A stretch of DNA of 64,000 bases. It comes from Aureliella sp. GTDB lineage: Bacteria > Planctomycetota > Planctomycetia > Pirellulales > Pirellulaceae. A program made the translations under genes and the position numbers. Below are positions 8,716 to 19,219 of the stretch, in pieces. Within the stretch, counting starts at the first letter, position 1, and the number at the start of each line of letters is the position of its first letter. Under the pieces are notes generated by a model. The model was not told the DNA's origin, ran no database searches, and saw only the letters and a list, made by a program, of their open reading frames with translations. Location of the stretch: positions 1,120,001-1,184,000 of the forward strand of contig OY829846.1 of NCBI GenBank assembly GCA_963691875.1, in the 5' to 3' direction.

Positions 8716-11700
8716 TTACTTCAACGTCCGCAGGTACGCAATGAGGTCACGAACTTCTTCGGGAGAGAGCACTTCGTTCATCACAGGCATCAAAGAAGTC
8801 TTTTGCTCTTTAACCGCGACAATATCATCGGTCAGAACTTCGACCAGTTCACCCTTCATATTGGCAACAATCGACTTTTTATCGCCGGCCTTCTGAATAC
8901 GTCCAAGCAGAACTTCGTCGCTAGCCAACAAGATTGATTGACTGCGATAGTTTTGATCGATGTCCTTGCTTGGCAAAATAACTGCGTTCAGCAAATACGC
9001 CGCGTCGCGTTTCTCCGCTATCTTGGTCAGTACAGGCCCAATCTCACTGCCCTTCTTGCCAATTCGGTGGCAACGAGAACACTGAGCTTGTCCGTGAGTT
9101 CTGAATATTTGCTCACCGCGTTCTACATCGCCACCGGCTGATGAAAATCGGAATCTACCCAATGGATCTTTGGACGAGTCGGCATCCAGCTTGGCGACGA
9201 TCCTCTTGATCGAATCAGCTCTAGTTTGAGAGGCCAGCAGGGCGACGGCATCCAGCTCCAACTCAGCGTCTAGCTTTCCATCTCGGAGTTGGCGGCCGAT
9301 CCGCTCGGAAATCTGCGTGATGCCGGTAGCTCGGCTCTGCGACAAAATCCTCAACACCTCTTGTCGTTTTTTCATTTCGACCGACTCATCGACAAGAATC
9401 TCATCTAGCGCGGCCAAGGCCTGTTCAGACTTCTGAGAAAGAGCAAACTCGAGGGCTCTTAGACGCAAATCCATGTTTCCCGCTTCGGCTGCTTCTCCCA
9501 CCACTTCGGGTTGTCTTTCAGCAACTAAGTTGAAGGCGAGAACACGCGTGGCCGAATCAAGATCTACATCGCGAACCATTCTCACGAGGGAATCTGCGGG
9601 AAATTCGAGGTTCAGTGACTGGGCGATCTGCAAAGCCGCTCGTCGAGTTTTCTCATTCTTGCCCTTAAGCAAACCTGCCAAGATCTCAGGAAGCTCCGCC
9701 AGATCCATCTGACGCGCCTTCACTTTTGCTTCTTTGACAAGCTCAGGCCGAAAAATTCCTTCAACTAGGTCCAATGCACTAGGCCTGCTCCATTCTGAAA
9801 GTGTCCGCAAGATCGCGAGCTCACCGGACTCAGGAAAGTCCCCTTGGGCCAGAGCAGCTACAAGTCGCTTGTTAGACTCGGCATCACCGATGCGAAAGTT
9901 TGCATTTATAGCGCGAAGATAAAACGCCTCTGGTAGTGAAGCCGATGAAAGGAGCGCCGCTGCCAAAGCCGGTAGAGCATCCGGAATAGATGTGCCATCG
10001 TGAATCGCTCGAGCGGCCTCCGTGCGGACCCAATTTGACTTGTCGGCCAAGAAGGCCTCCACTTCCTTGCTTCCTTGTTTTCTTAACGCCAACACGCAGC
10101 AGAGCTTTCGCAGTACGTTACCGCTTTCTGCTTGTTTCGCCAGTTCTTCGGCTTCGGCACAAGCCGCGAGTGCCACGGAATAGCCGTGCCGCAAGTAATG
10201 CTGGTCAGCTTTCAACTGATCGGCTAGCTCCAGTAACGATTCGACAGCTTTGCCGCTCGGATGCCTCGCTACGGCCAAAGCGGCCAAAGTCCGAACGTGC
10301 AGATCTTTGTCTTTTAGCAAAGGTATCAGCGGCTCGGTTCTTACAGCTCTCAATTCTCCGAAAGTCTTCGCAGCTTGGCCTCGCAGAACAGCGTCCGAAT
10401 CCTTCAGCAGCAGTGCCAACGTGTCGCGAGCCAAGCTGTCTTCTTTCCGGCCGAGTTGCCCGAGCGCCCATATTGCATGGAGCCTTGCAAATTGACTCTT
10501 CGTCCGATTCTGCGCCAAAGCAGCTAGGTCGAGGGTATTCGCATTGTCTACTAAAGCGAATTGAGCTCGCAGCCGCACTCGCTGGTCCTCATGGGCGAGA
10601 AGTTGCAAAAGCTCGGTTGATTCGCGATCAGAAAAACCTTGTTTCAAAAGCTCCTGAACTTGTGTTCGCGCTTCGCCTCTCATGTCCTTCGAAACGTCAA
10701 TCCGGATCACAGAGCCCTTTTCGTCCAAAGGATAACCGCCATCCCAGTCGGCTGCATAGAGTGCGCCGTCGGGTCCGAAGGCGAGACCCACAATCGCAAT
10801 GCCTCGCCCAATCTGATGCTCGTCCTTCATTAAAAAACTATCGCCCGTCGGCTCGACCCGAAACGCATGCTGATTTCCGTTTGGAGCACCAGTCAAAAAG
10901 AAATAGTCCTTGTACCCAGGTGCAAGTGCAGTTCCTGGGTTGAATTTGAAACCCGCTGGACCGTCGATATAGTGCTGAATCGGTGGAACGATGTACGCTG
11001 CGTGCTCCTCGCCTGGCAAGTCCCAAAGTTTCTCAGCCGTCCACGGGTTGTAGTCTGAGCCACGGTACTGATAGTAGCAACGCCAGCCAGCATCCATCTG
11101 ATTGACGATGTAAACAAAGCGTTCTTTTTCATTCGGCTGATCTGCATCGTTGTCCACGCCGAACATGTTGCCAAATTGATCAAAAGCAACTTCTTGTACA
11201 TTGCGAAGCCCATGGGCGAAGACTTCGAAGTCGCTACCATCGGGATTGCACCGCATGACACCGCCTTCGTGCGGATAAGAGAACTCGCTGCCATCTGGCA
11301 AGGAGACGCTGATTCCTTTGTCGCCGATGGACCAATAGATCTTGCCATCGGGTCCCATGGTCAAGCCATGCATGTCATGGCCACCGTAGGCTATGTGAAG
11401 CCCGAAACCGTGCGCTAGAACATTGCGTGAATCGGCGACACCATCGGAGTCCTCGTCGAACAGCCTCCATACATCCGGCGCGACGGTTGCATAGACGGTC
11501 CCATTGTATGCCATGACACCAGCGGCGACCCCTGTAACTTCGGTTTTGAAGTCTTCTGCAAAGGTGGTGATTTCATCAGCCTTCTCATCACCGTCACTGT
11601 CGACCAGCCGATAGACGGCTTCGCTAACAACTGTGAGGTCGCGCCAGTCGTACTGGCCGTCTTCGTTCCAATCACGAACATGCTTTTGCTGCTTCTTCTG

Positions 11701-12048
11701 ATCACCGCCAATCGCCAAAACTTTACGATAAAACGCTTGCTTCGCATCCACACTGGTCAGCGAGAGATCATTGGCTACCCACTCCCGATGCTGACGAATG
11801 TCTAGGTCTTGAATCTTGCGGCGGCGAGTCTGCGTTACAAACACGCGACCTTGGTCGTCAACGCTAATCGCTACGGGATCAGGGACATTCAGCTTTCCGC
11901 TCCATTTGTTGAACTCGAGATTCGGATAAGATTTATCATCCTTCTGCTGAGCCAGACCTGCACTGGATGCTGTAGCAGCGAGAAGCGTGACAAAGGCAAA
12001 TACAAATCCACGAGACTCATGGGATACGTTACGAGCGGTCATCACCAT
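8716..12048 (-). CDS. PVC-type heme-binding protein: dehydrogenase-like beta-propeller, HEAT repeats, C-terminal cytochrome c
   Basis: Signal peptide; HGLTMGPDGKIYWSIGD, FAHGLRN, FGPDGALYAADW; HEAT repeats; heme motif CSRCH, IGPVLT, SLMP, DLIAYLRTL. Confidence 0.9.
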   Translation of the reverse strand: MVMTARNVSHESRGFVFAFVTLLAATASSAGLAQQKDDKSYPNLEFNKWSGKLNVPDPVAISVDDQGRVFVTQTRRRKIQDLDIRQHREWVANDLSLTSVDAKQAFYRKVLAIGGDQKKQQKHVRDWNEDGQYDWRDLTVVSEAVYRLVDSDGDEKADEITTFAEDFKTEVTGVAAGVMAYNGTVYATVAPDVWRLFDEDSDGVADSRNVLAHGFGLHIAYGGHDMHGLTMGPDGKIYWSIGDKGISVSLPDGSEFSYPHEGGVMRCNPDGSDFEVFAHGLRNVQEVAFDQFGNMFGVDNDADQPNEKERFVYIVNQMDAGWRCYYQYRGSDYNPWTAEKLWDLPGEEHAAYIVPPIQHYIDGPAGFKFNPGTALAPGYKDYFFLTGAPNGNQHAFRVEPTGDSFLMKDEHQIGRGIAIVGLAFGPDGALYAADWDGGYPLDEKGSVIRIDVSKDMRGEARTQVQELLKQGFSDRESTELLQLLAHEDQRVRLRAQFALVDNANTLDLAALAQNRTKSQFARLHAIWALGQLGRKEDSLARDTLALLLKDSDAVLRGQAAKTFGELRAVRTEPLIPLLKDKDLHVRTLAALAVARHPSGKAVESLLELADQLKADQHYLRHGYSVALAACAEAEELAKQAESGNVLRKLCCVLALRKQGSKEVEAFLADKSNWVRTEAARAIHDGTSIPDALPALAAALLSSASLPEAFYLRAINANFRIGDAESNKRLVAALAQGDFPESGELAILRTLSEWSRPSALDLVEGIFRPELVKEAKVKARQMDLAELPEILAGLLKGKNEKTRRAALQIAQSLNLEFPADSLVRMVRDVDLDSATRVLAFNLVAERQPEVVGEAAEAGNMDLRLRALEFALSQKSEQALAALDEILVDESVEMKKRQEVLRILSQSRATGITQISERIGRQLRDGKLDAELELDAVALLASQTRADSIKRIVAKLDADSSKDPLGRFRFSSAGGDVERGEQIFRTHGQAQCSRCHRIGKKGSEIGPVLTKIAEKRDAAYLLNAVILPSKDIDQNYRSQSILLASDEVLLGRIQKAGDKKSIVANMKGELVEVLTDDIVAVKEQKTSLMPVMNEVLSPEEVRDLIAYLRTLK

Positions 12049-12243
12049 TGTGATCCACTTGAATGAGGAAGGCTTGGGAAGGTGGGGCAGCGTCAGCTAA
12101 ACTAGAGATCGACCGTTATTCTATTCGAAAACAGAGTGGCAGAGCATCCGGCACGTGGAATCAAACTGCCTGCCGACCACCCTTTCCTTCCAGCCTTCTA
12201 CTGCCTCTCAATTCCTCCCCCTCCACATTACCCGGGCCACCCA

Positions 12244-13659
12244 ATGACAGTTTCAAGACGAGAAGCAATTCAGCGATGGGGAGTCGGTTTTGGTACCTTG
12301 GCTCTTCACGATCTTCTCAGCCAGCAATCTTCAGCGGGCGAAGCCGGAGCCGGTGAAAACCCACTTTTACCTAAGGCCCCTCAGTTTCCCGCCAAAGCAA
12401 AAAGAGTCATCCATATCTTCGCTAACGGCGGACCGAGCCACGTCGACACCTTCGATCCCAAGCCAGCTCTCCAGAAGTACGCTGGTCAGCCCATGCCTGG
12501 CAAAACGCCCAAGACGGAACGGCCCACTGGAGCACTTTATCCCTCGCCATTTAAGTTTCAAAAGTATGGCGAATCAGGCACAGAAGTCAGCGAACTCTTC
12601 CAGCACACCGCCAAGCAAATTGACGACATCTGCCTGGTCCGTTCGATGCATGCGGATGTCCCGAACCACGAGCCCAGTTTACTGCTGATGAATACCGGTG
12701 AAGCGCGATTGGTTAGACCGAGCATGGGATCCTGGATGACTTACGGACTCGGCACCGAGAACCAGAATCTCCCGGCCTTTATCGCGATGTGCCCCGGCGG
12801 CTACCCGATTCAAGAATCGCAGAACTGGCAGTCAGGTTTTTTGCCTGGAATCTATCAAGGCACTTACATTGATACAAAGCACCAAGAAGTTGAGAAGCTA
12901 ATCGAAAACATCCGAAACGAGAAAGTAACGACGACTCAGCAGCGCAGACAGCTCGACCTGCTCCAGCGATTGAATCGCCGACACCAAGAGCAGCGTGATG
13001 CCGATCCGCAGCTAGAAGCTCGAATACAAAGTTTTGAGCTGGCTTATCGAATGCAGATGGAAGCAGCCGAAGTTTTCGACGTTCGCAATGAGCCCAAGCA
13101 TATTCTCGAAAAGTATGGTTCAGGCGTTCAGGCTAGGCAGTTGTTGATCGCTCGCCGACTACTCGAACACGGGGTTCGCTATGTGCAAGTTTGGCACGGC
13201 CAGGGGCAGCCCTGGGACAATCACGACGATATTGAGCAAAGACATCGTGGACTAGCGGGGCAATGCGACCAAGCCATTGGTGCCCTGCTTTCCGATCTGA
13301 AGGAGCGTGGAATGCTTGAAGAGACACTCGTCATCTGGGGCGGCGAATTCGGTCGGACGCCAACGGTAGAATTACCTAAGGAAGGTAGCAATCAAGGTAA
13401 GATTAATGGCCGAGACCACAATCACTATGGGTTTTCCATGTGGATTGCCGGAGGTGGAGTGAAGGGCGGACACGTTCACGGTGCGACCGACGAATTCGGT
13501 TTCCAAGCAACGGAGAACCGGGTGCATGTCCATGACCTGCACGCCACGCTGTTGCACTTGCTAGGATTTGACCACGAGAAATTCACCTACCGCTGGGCTG
13601 GTCGCGACTTCCGCCTCACCGACGTCCATGGCCGCGTGATTCGAGAAATGTTGGCTTAA
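12244..13659 (+). CDS. DUF1501 family protein
   Basis: Tat-like SRRE; KAKRVIHIFANGGPSHVDTFDPKP, WGGEFGRTP, GRDHN, DLHATLLHLLG; start at ATG 12244. Confidence 0.93.
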   Translation: MTVSRREAIQRWGVGFGTLALHDLLSQQSSAGEAGAGENPLLPKAPQFPAKAKRVIHIFANGGPSHVDTFDPKPALQKYAGQPMPGKTPKTERPTGALYPSPFKFQKYGESGTEVSELFQHTAKQIDDICLVRSMHADVPNHEPSLLLMNTGEARLVRPSMGSWMTYGLGTENQNLPAFIAMCPGGYPIQESQNWQSGFLPGIYQGTYIDTKHQEVEKLIENIRNEKVTTTQQRRQLDLLQRLNRRHQEQRDADPQLEARIQSFELAYRMQMEAAEVFDVRNEPKHILEKYGSGVQARQLLIARRLLEHGVRYVQVWHGQGQPWDNHDDIEQRHRGLAGQCDQAIGALLSDLKERGMLEETLVIWGGEFGRTPTVELPKEGSNQGKINGRDHNHYGFSMWIAGGGVKGGHVHGATDEFGFQATENRVHVHDLHATLLHLLGFDHEKFTYRWAGRDFRLTDVHGRVIREMLA

Positions 13660-14358
13660 CCAAAGTGCGTCCATTGTCCCAATTGCCCCGCTCCCATTAA
13701 CTGGGAGATCCCCCGCTGGTCGCCAAAACTCCGTGGACGGCATACCCCGCTTAATGAGCAAAGAGAAAACCACTTCATTGAACAAGTCTTGCGTTCCCAA
13801 CCCAAGAAGCCGCTTCCGAGCAGCGCATTGGCCCATTTACTGCCGTTGAAATCGCGACTCTCTTCCTCAAAGAAAGCAGCTCAGCGTTTGCCGAACGCAA
13901 GACTGTTAGCCCACAGAATGACCGCAATTACGGGGAAAATTGTAAGACTTATGACTAGTAAAAGAGTGCAGAGCATGGCAGCACCTCAGTTCATCTCCAT
14001 GAATGCAGATAGTTGCCACAGAAACTCTTCATTCGAGAAACTGTTTACACTTAACACTCAAAACTGGTGCAGTGTAACGATCGCAATTGCCCTGGGAGAA
14101 TAGTCGAGGGCAGGTAAGAACTCCAATAATTGAGCCGAAGGCTTGCGTTTTCTCGTAGGCTGGCAACGAGCAAACGCTCTGAGAGCTGGAACATCGGACG
14201 CAGATTTTGACCACCAGACTCTTCTCATGACGCGCAACCCGTATGGCGTTACGCTGATACGGCAAGGGTTGTATCGTTGTTCTGGCCTACGAAGAGATTC
14301 GCTTGCTAGGAAGGGACTGCTCATCTAAGGCCCTTCCAATGATTCCACCAAGGAGTAT

Positions 14359-14925
14359 CTACTTTTTCTTGGCAGCTGCCTTTTTCTTTGTCGCAACTTT
14401 CTTCGATACCACTTTCTTCCTCGCCGTCGCTTTCTTCGATGCTAGCTTTCTAGCAGTTCGCTTCTTGCCATCGGGTTTGATGGTGCGTTCGTAGTCAGAA
14501 ATGAATTCGTCGACAGAAACCTTGGCAATCAATCACCCAATTAAGTCCAGAGGAGCATCGGCCAGCTTCTTAAATCGGATGCAGGACTTGCCGATGTCGA
14601 GCTTCAAGCCTGTTTGGGCCCATTGCTTGCGAAGCCAAGCCTCCAACCTGGCGTTGCCGTAAACGCAAAAGCTATATAATGCCACATGACTTTTCTGGGA
14701 TGCAATGTGAGTGTAAAGTAGCGGCTGAGATGCATCGCAGTGATATCCAGATGGATATAGCGAATGCGGTACGTAGTACCCAATCATCCCATATTGAATC
14801 CCTTCTTCGAATCCATCCTGCAAATTGTCCGTTACCGTTTCGCGTAGCGCGACAATGAACTCCCGACGTTCTTCGCTCAACCCCGCGATGTACTCGGCAA
14901 CTGTTCCCGGTTTAATAGCGCTCAC
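14359..14925 (-). pseudogene. DUF1801-domain protein with Lys/Ala-rich tail, interrupted by one in-frame TGA at 14533-14535
   Basis: FEEGIQYGMIGYYVPHSLYPSGYHC..IASQK..LDIGKSCIRFKK..LDLIG*LIAKVSVDEFISDYE...KKVATKKKAAAKKK*; frame continues 57 codons past the TGA. Confidence 0.75.
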
Positions 14926-15154
14926 TTTGCGTACTCCCTGTCGCTACGAATTTATTGTCTGCATTGTAGCTTCTTATTAAGCGGATCCTGCTACGAGCTA
15001 AAAGTTGTAGTTCAGATCCACCGCTAACTATCGTGAGGGTGGAGTGTCAGAACGTTCGGGTCGATGTGAGTCTATTCAAGTAGGAATGAGAGCGTGATTC
15101 CGTGCAGGAGTTGGAGCGGAAGCCGAGTCGCATATGGATGCATGGTCCCGGATT

Positions 15155-15330
15155 TCATGGCGAAGCCGTGACAGAGTCTTAGCTGCCAGCGTGAGCCAGA
15201 AGACCACGGATACCCCCAAACACAAATGCGGCGAAGTCACTAAAGAGCGCGGGTGCTCGTAGGCTCAAGGCCACTCTTTAGTTCGGCGAGCTGCGCGTTC
15301 GAAACCACAGGCGTGCGAGCGTAGCTTAAG
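15155..15330. repeat. Degenerate REP/BIME-like palindromic element
   Basis: Units GGCGAAGCCGTGACAG and GCGGCGAAGTCAC, GCGTGAGCC, and inverted pair CTAAAGAG/CTCTTTAG; recalls GCCGCGAAGCGGCGACAG-type planctomycete repeats. Confidence 0.4.
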
Positions 15331-15333
15331 CAA

Positions 15334-16854
15334 CTAGTCGGATACTGTGTCGAGTACGTTTCGACTGCCGCAGAGGCGATCGTGAAGCGCAAGGTGACTC
15401 GTTGCAAGCGCAGGTAGAATGTCAGCGAGTAGCCACATTAGAAACAACGGAAAAATGAGCACACTCAAAAATTGAAAGCGGAAAGCTGTCAACACCACAC
15501 TGCTGGCCATGAGCATCACTGGTCCATAGCGCACGATGCTTCTCAACATCCTTCTCCTTCCGTCTAGAAGCAGACCATGCTGATCCACGATTCGCAGCTG
15601 CAACAGATAGCGACCGAGCGTTCGTTTTCCACCCTTCTCTGACAAAATCGCCGCCAAGGGAAAAAGCATAATGAGCGGAGCAAAATAGCGCGAACTCTGA
15701 CTTATGATTCCTTGATCCATCAACTCTTGGCCAATCAAGAATGGGATCATGCCGAGAGTCAACAAAAGGTAGTCGATGACAAAGGCCATCATGCGAACCA
15801 TCAAACTGGCTCGCGTAAATCCGATCGGTGCGATTCCTTTCAACGACTGATCCAGCTTCTCAAAGTCCTGGAATCGATCCTCTGGATGTCGAGCCATCAA
15901 GGCGCCAAGCAAATCTCGGAATCGCTCAGGAATGGAATCAGGCCAACGTTCTGGGAACTGGACTTCGGCTTCATTCGTGCTCGTAAGCTGCTCCTGCAAA
16001 GTGGTACCCGTCACCGCGTAGGGCCTTCTGCCAAACGCGAGCTCAAACAGCGTTACGCCCAACGAGTACATATCGCTTTGAATCGTGGGTTGACCGCCGG
16101 AGGAGAGCTCGGGCGCCAGATAGCTCAACGTGCCGCTAATCCCACCCGTCGGAACACTCCTATCAGTTCGAGCCAAGCCAAAGTCGCTCAATTTGACTGT
16201 TTCATCATTTGCAAGCACCAAGTTGCTTGGTTTGATGTCTCCGTGAACAAGGCCGAGACGATTTGCCTGCGCGAGCGCCGAGCAAACTTGTCGCGCGTAC
16301 CGGATGACTTCTTCGTAGGGGAGCGGTTCGTCTATGATTTTCTGCGCCAAAGTAGGGCCCGGCAGCAGCTCCATCGCAAAAAAGGGCTCTTCCCCATCGC
16401 GACCGACGTAGTAAATCGTAACTACGTTGGGGTGGTTCAACCTAGCTTGAGCGACGGCCTCATCGAGTAGTCGTTGTACCAGTTTTTGGCCAACTTCAGT
16501 ATGAGTGTCAGCCGAGCGAATAACCTTGACCGCTACAAAACGTTGCAGCGATTCGTCCAAAGCTCGATAGACCGCTCCCATGCCGCCATAGCCAAGTTTG
16601 GAGAGAAGTCGGAAGTGGCCCAGTGATTCTCCGCTCCGGTCGGGCCCATCAGAGAGCTGAAACTCGGTGCATCTGCCAATCTCCGAACAGAATGAAATGG
16701 TTTGTGATGGATCAAGCCGTCCAAGTCTGATTGTTTTATGGCAAGTGTCACAAACTCCATTTCCGCCAATGGGCAGCAAAACATCCGCCCCGCAGGAACA
16801 GCGAAAGGCGACGCGACGCTCTTCGTCCACTGTTTCTTCTGGCTCGATCTCCAA
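15334..16854 (-). CDS. Ser/Thr protein kinase with N-terminal Zn-ribbon-like region and C-terminal RDD membrane domain
   Basis: LGYGGMGAVY, VAVK, HGDIKPSN, DFGLAR, GTLSYLAPE; RDD motifs RMMAFVIDY, TLGRYLLQLRIV, LHDRLCGS; N-terminal CSCG...CDTC. Confidence 0.9.
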   Translation of the reverse strand: MEIEPEETVDEERRVAFRCSCGADVLLPIGGNGVCDTCHKTIRLGRLDPSQTISFCSEIGRCTEFQLSDGPDRSGESLGHFRLLSKLGYGGMGAVYRALDESLQRFVAVKVIRSADTHTEVGQKLVQRLLDEAVAQARLNHPNVVTIYYVGRDGEEPFFAMELLPGPTLAQKIIDEPLPYEEVIRYARQVCSALAQANRLGLVHGDIKPSNLVLANDETVKLSDFGLARTDRSVPTGGISGTLSYLAPELSSGGQPTIQSDMYSLGVTLFELAFGRRPYAVTGTTLQEQLTSTNEAEVQFPERWPDSIPERFRDLLGALMARHPEDRFQDFEKLDQSLKGIAPIGFTRASLMVRMMAFVIDYLLLTLGMIPFLIGQELMDQGIISQSSRYFAPLIMLFPLAAILSEKGGKRTLGRYLLQLRIVDQHGLLLDGRRRMLRSIVRYGPVMLMASSVVLTAFRFQFLSVLIFPLFLMWLLADILPALATSHLALHDRLCGSRNVLDTVSD

Positions 16855-17060
16855 CGCCTTACCCGCAACGCAAAATCTTCATCGGAAAATTGGCAACTGT
16901 ATCCGTCAAGTAGTTGCCTGCCGCCCCGATTGTAGTTTAGATTCGCTGCTCGTAACCTCCAAATGTCAGCAGCGGCCACGTCGCTTTTCAATTCACTTGC
17001 TGGCGAACTGAATATTTTCGACCAAGGCAAGAAAGACCTCGCACCGGATCAGAAAGAACT

Positions 17061-17897
17061 ATGAGCCGAGATAGTGGCAAATCCTTCAGTGTTGTCCCGT
17101 CTGAAGATCAACTGCAGAGTCTTAAGCGAGATCTAGCATTTCACCCTTCGACAGTGGAGCAACCTAACAAGCTCACAAAGAAGCAAATAAACGGCTTTAA
17201 TGAGTCGGGTTACGTGGCACCGGTGGATATTTTTGACGTCGAAGAAATCACCTCCATTCGTTCTTACTTCGACAAACTGCTCGCAGAAGTGGTGGCAACG
17301 GGCGGTGACAGCTATTCGATCAGTTCAGCGCACCTGAGCTACGGGCCAGTCTACGATATTCTTTGCGACTCTCGCATTGTGGACTGCGTCAGTGATTTGC
17401 TTGGCGAGAACGTTGTAGGCTGGGGCTCGCATTTTTTCTGCAAGATGCCGCATGATGGACAAGAAGTCGCTTGGCACCAGGACGCGAGCTACTGGCCACT
17501 AAGTCCCTCGAAGGCCGTAACAGTTTGGCTCGCGATCGACGATGCTGATCGCGATAACGCGTGTATGAAGTTCGTCGCTGGCTCGCATCATTCCGGCCAT
17601 ATGACTTATCGAAAGAGTAATCCCGACGAGCACAACGTGCTTAACCAGACAATCGAAAATCCAGAGAGTTTTGGCGAGATCGTCTACGACGAGCTGAAAG
17701 CAGGCCAGATCTCGCTGCATTCGGATCTGCTGCTGCATGGTTCCGAGGCGAATTTGTCCGCCCGCCGACGGTGCGGCCTTACGCTTCGGTACGCAAGCAC
17801 CGAAGTCCGCGCTTCGCTGGATTGGAATCAGAAAGGAGTTCTCCTTCGCGGAACCGACCCAAGTGAACACTGGGCAAACAACACGCGGCCATCCTGA
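17061..17897 (+). CDS. Phytanoyl-CoA dioxygenase (PhyH) family Fe(II)/2OG dioxygenase
   Basis: WHQDASYW, VWLAIDDA..NACMKFVAGSH, LLHGS.AN...RR. Confidence 0.92.
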   Translation: MSRDSGKSFSVVPSEDQLQSLKRDLAFHPSTVEQPNKLTKKQINGFNESGYVAPVDIFDVEEITSIRSYFDKLLAEVVATGGDSYSISSAHLSYGPVYDILCDSRIVDCVSDLLGENVVGWGSHFFCKMPHDGQEVAWHQDASYWPLSPSKAVTVWLAIDDADRDNACMKFVAGSHHSGHMTYRKSNPDEHNVLNQTIENPESFGEIVYDELKAGQISLHSDLLLHGSEANLSARRRCGLTLRYASTEVRASLDWNQKGVLLRGTDPSEHWANNTRPS

Positions 17898-17968
17898 TTG
17901 CAGAATCGCTACTTGGTCGCAGCCGCAGCGGTCCTACGCGTCTTCTCAAACAATAATGGGGAAGATCA

Positions 17969-18266
17969 ATGGTCTGGGCGACTCAACACATCGCAAAGTT
18001 GCGGAATGTCGAAACCGGCAATTTCGTCGTCGCGGCTATGCGATTATGCATAAGATAGCGTCAGCACAACATTGCACCGTCGAGACGATAGCCGATCGCA
18101 GCGCTCTTAAATCGGGTGACGTCGTGTTGTGCCGAAAAAACGTCACCCAGTACCTTCACCTCAGAAAGCCATTCAAGGAAGCCGGTTTCAGATTGGCAAT
18201 AACCGAGGCCGCACCAACGGAAAGGTTTCGGAGAGTGCAGTGTTCGGCAAATGTGAGAAGATCTAA
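17969..18266 (+). pseudogene. Frameshifted S24/S26 peptidase-fold-like small conserved protein
   Basis: Stitching across two frameshifts gives MVWATQHIAKLRNVET/QFRRRG..MHKIASAQHCTVE...GDVVLCR...QYLHL/KAIQGSRFQIGNNRGRTNG...VFGKCEKI*. Confidence 0.65.
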
Positions 18267-18373
18267 ACTTGGCAAAGAAGCTGAGGGACACCTCCCGTTA
18301 CTGGGAGTCGCCAGGATTCCGGTTTCGCGAAATCGCGTTTTCTCCATAGAAAAAGTTTATCCGCATTATTCCA

Positions 18374-18661
18374 GTGCATCCCGCGAAGAGGTGCCTCTTG
18401 CGTAGCGAAAGTCAATTGCAGCTTCCGATCGTACTTGTGATCATCCTCTTTTTCTGCGGTTTGGACAGATTCAAGACGGGCCAACACCTGCTTGGATGGG
18501 TATTTCGAGATGCGGAAGTCGTCGAAGCATCGGGACTGGATATCAGGCGGATCGACGTCTTCGCAGGTGATGGCATGAGCGAAGAGGTTTACGTCGACTA
18601 TGCTTACGAATTCGAAGACAAGTTCGAATGGCGTTTATGGAGCGGCTGGAGAGTGCATTGA
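18374..18661 (+). pseudogene. Possible remnant of a DUF3592-like membrane protein
   Basis: TM segment LPIVLVIILFFCG then W..AEVVEAS...VYVDYAYEF; truncated. Confidence 0.25.
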
Positions 18662-19219
18662 GCAGCGGTGTGACGGTTCCGTGCTAAGTTTCGAAGTCTC
18701 ATTCACAAACGAGCGTGTTTCTAAAAGAATTCTCCAGCTCTTGGTCTGCCGTCGGACCTTCGTTACCCGAAGCTTGCGGGAGTGTCGCTCTACTCACGAT
18801 TTGGGCTATGATTCGCGGCTACCAAAGAAAGAACAAAGAAAGAACAAAGAAAGAGAGTGGGGAAATACGACTGAAATTCGCGTGTCTTCCAGGTTCCTAT
18901 CTGCCGCTTTTCGGCGTTAGTAGCAGCCTATTGTGTGTATTGGGTCAATTGTCGTGATGGCCCGAGAACGCTACACTGGGCGCCGCGGAGCAGGTCGATC
19001 GTCGCTGACGGCGGGACGCCAATCTTTTGGGCGGACCATTTTAGCAATCTAATTGCAAGCAAGGCGTGGCTTGCAAAAACGATTCTATCCAAACACTTCG
19101 ACACTGGCATCCAGTTGTGTGATTGCTTCGTGCAGACAATAGATTGCTTGGTGCTTTGCTATAATTTCGTGCTGTGAATCAGAGCGCGACTTAGACCTCC
19201 GTAATTGAGGGAACAGACG

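Noticed and set aside
9990..10943. 317-aa plus-strand ORF and similar long antisense ORFs (15712..16470, 41375..42028, 61141..61821)
   Set aside because: Each lies mostly opposite a well-supported gene and shows no motifs
13660..14340. Gene or ncRNA in this gap (also 38570..39100)
   Set aside because: Only short motif-less ORFs and no clear structure; probably unrecognisably decayed DNA
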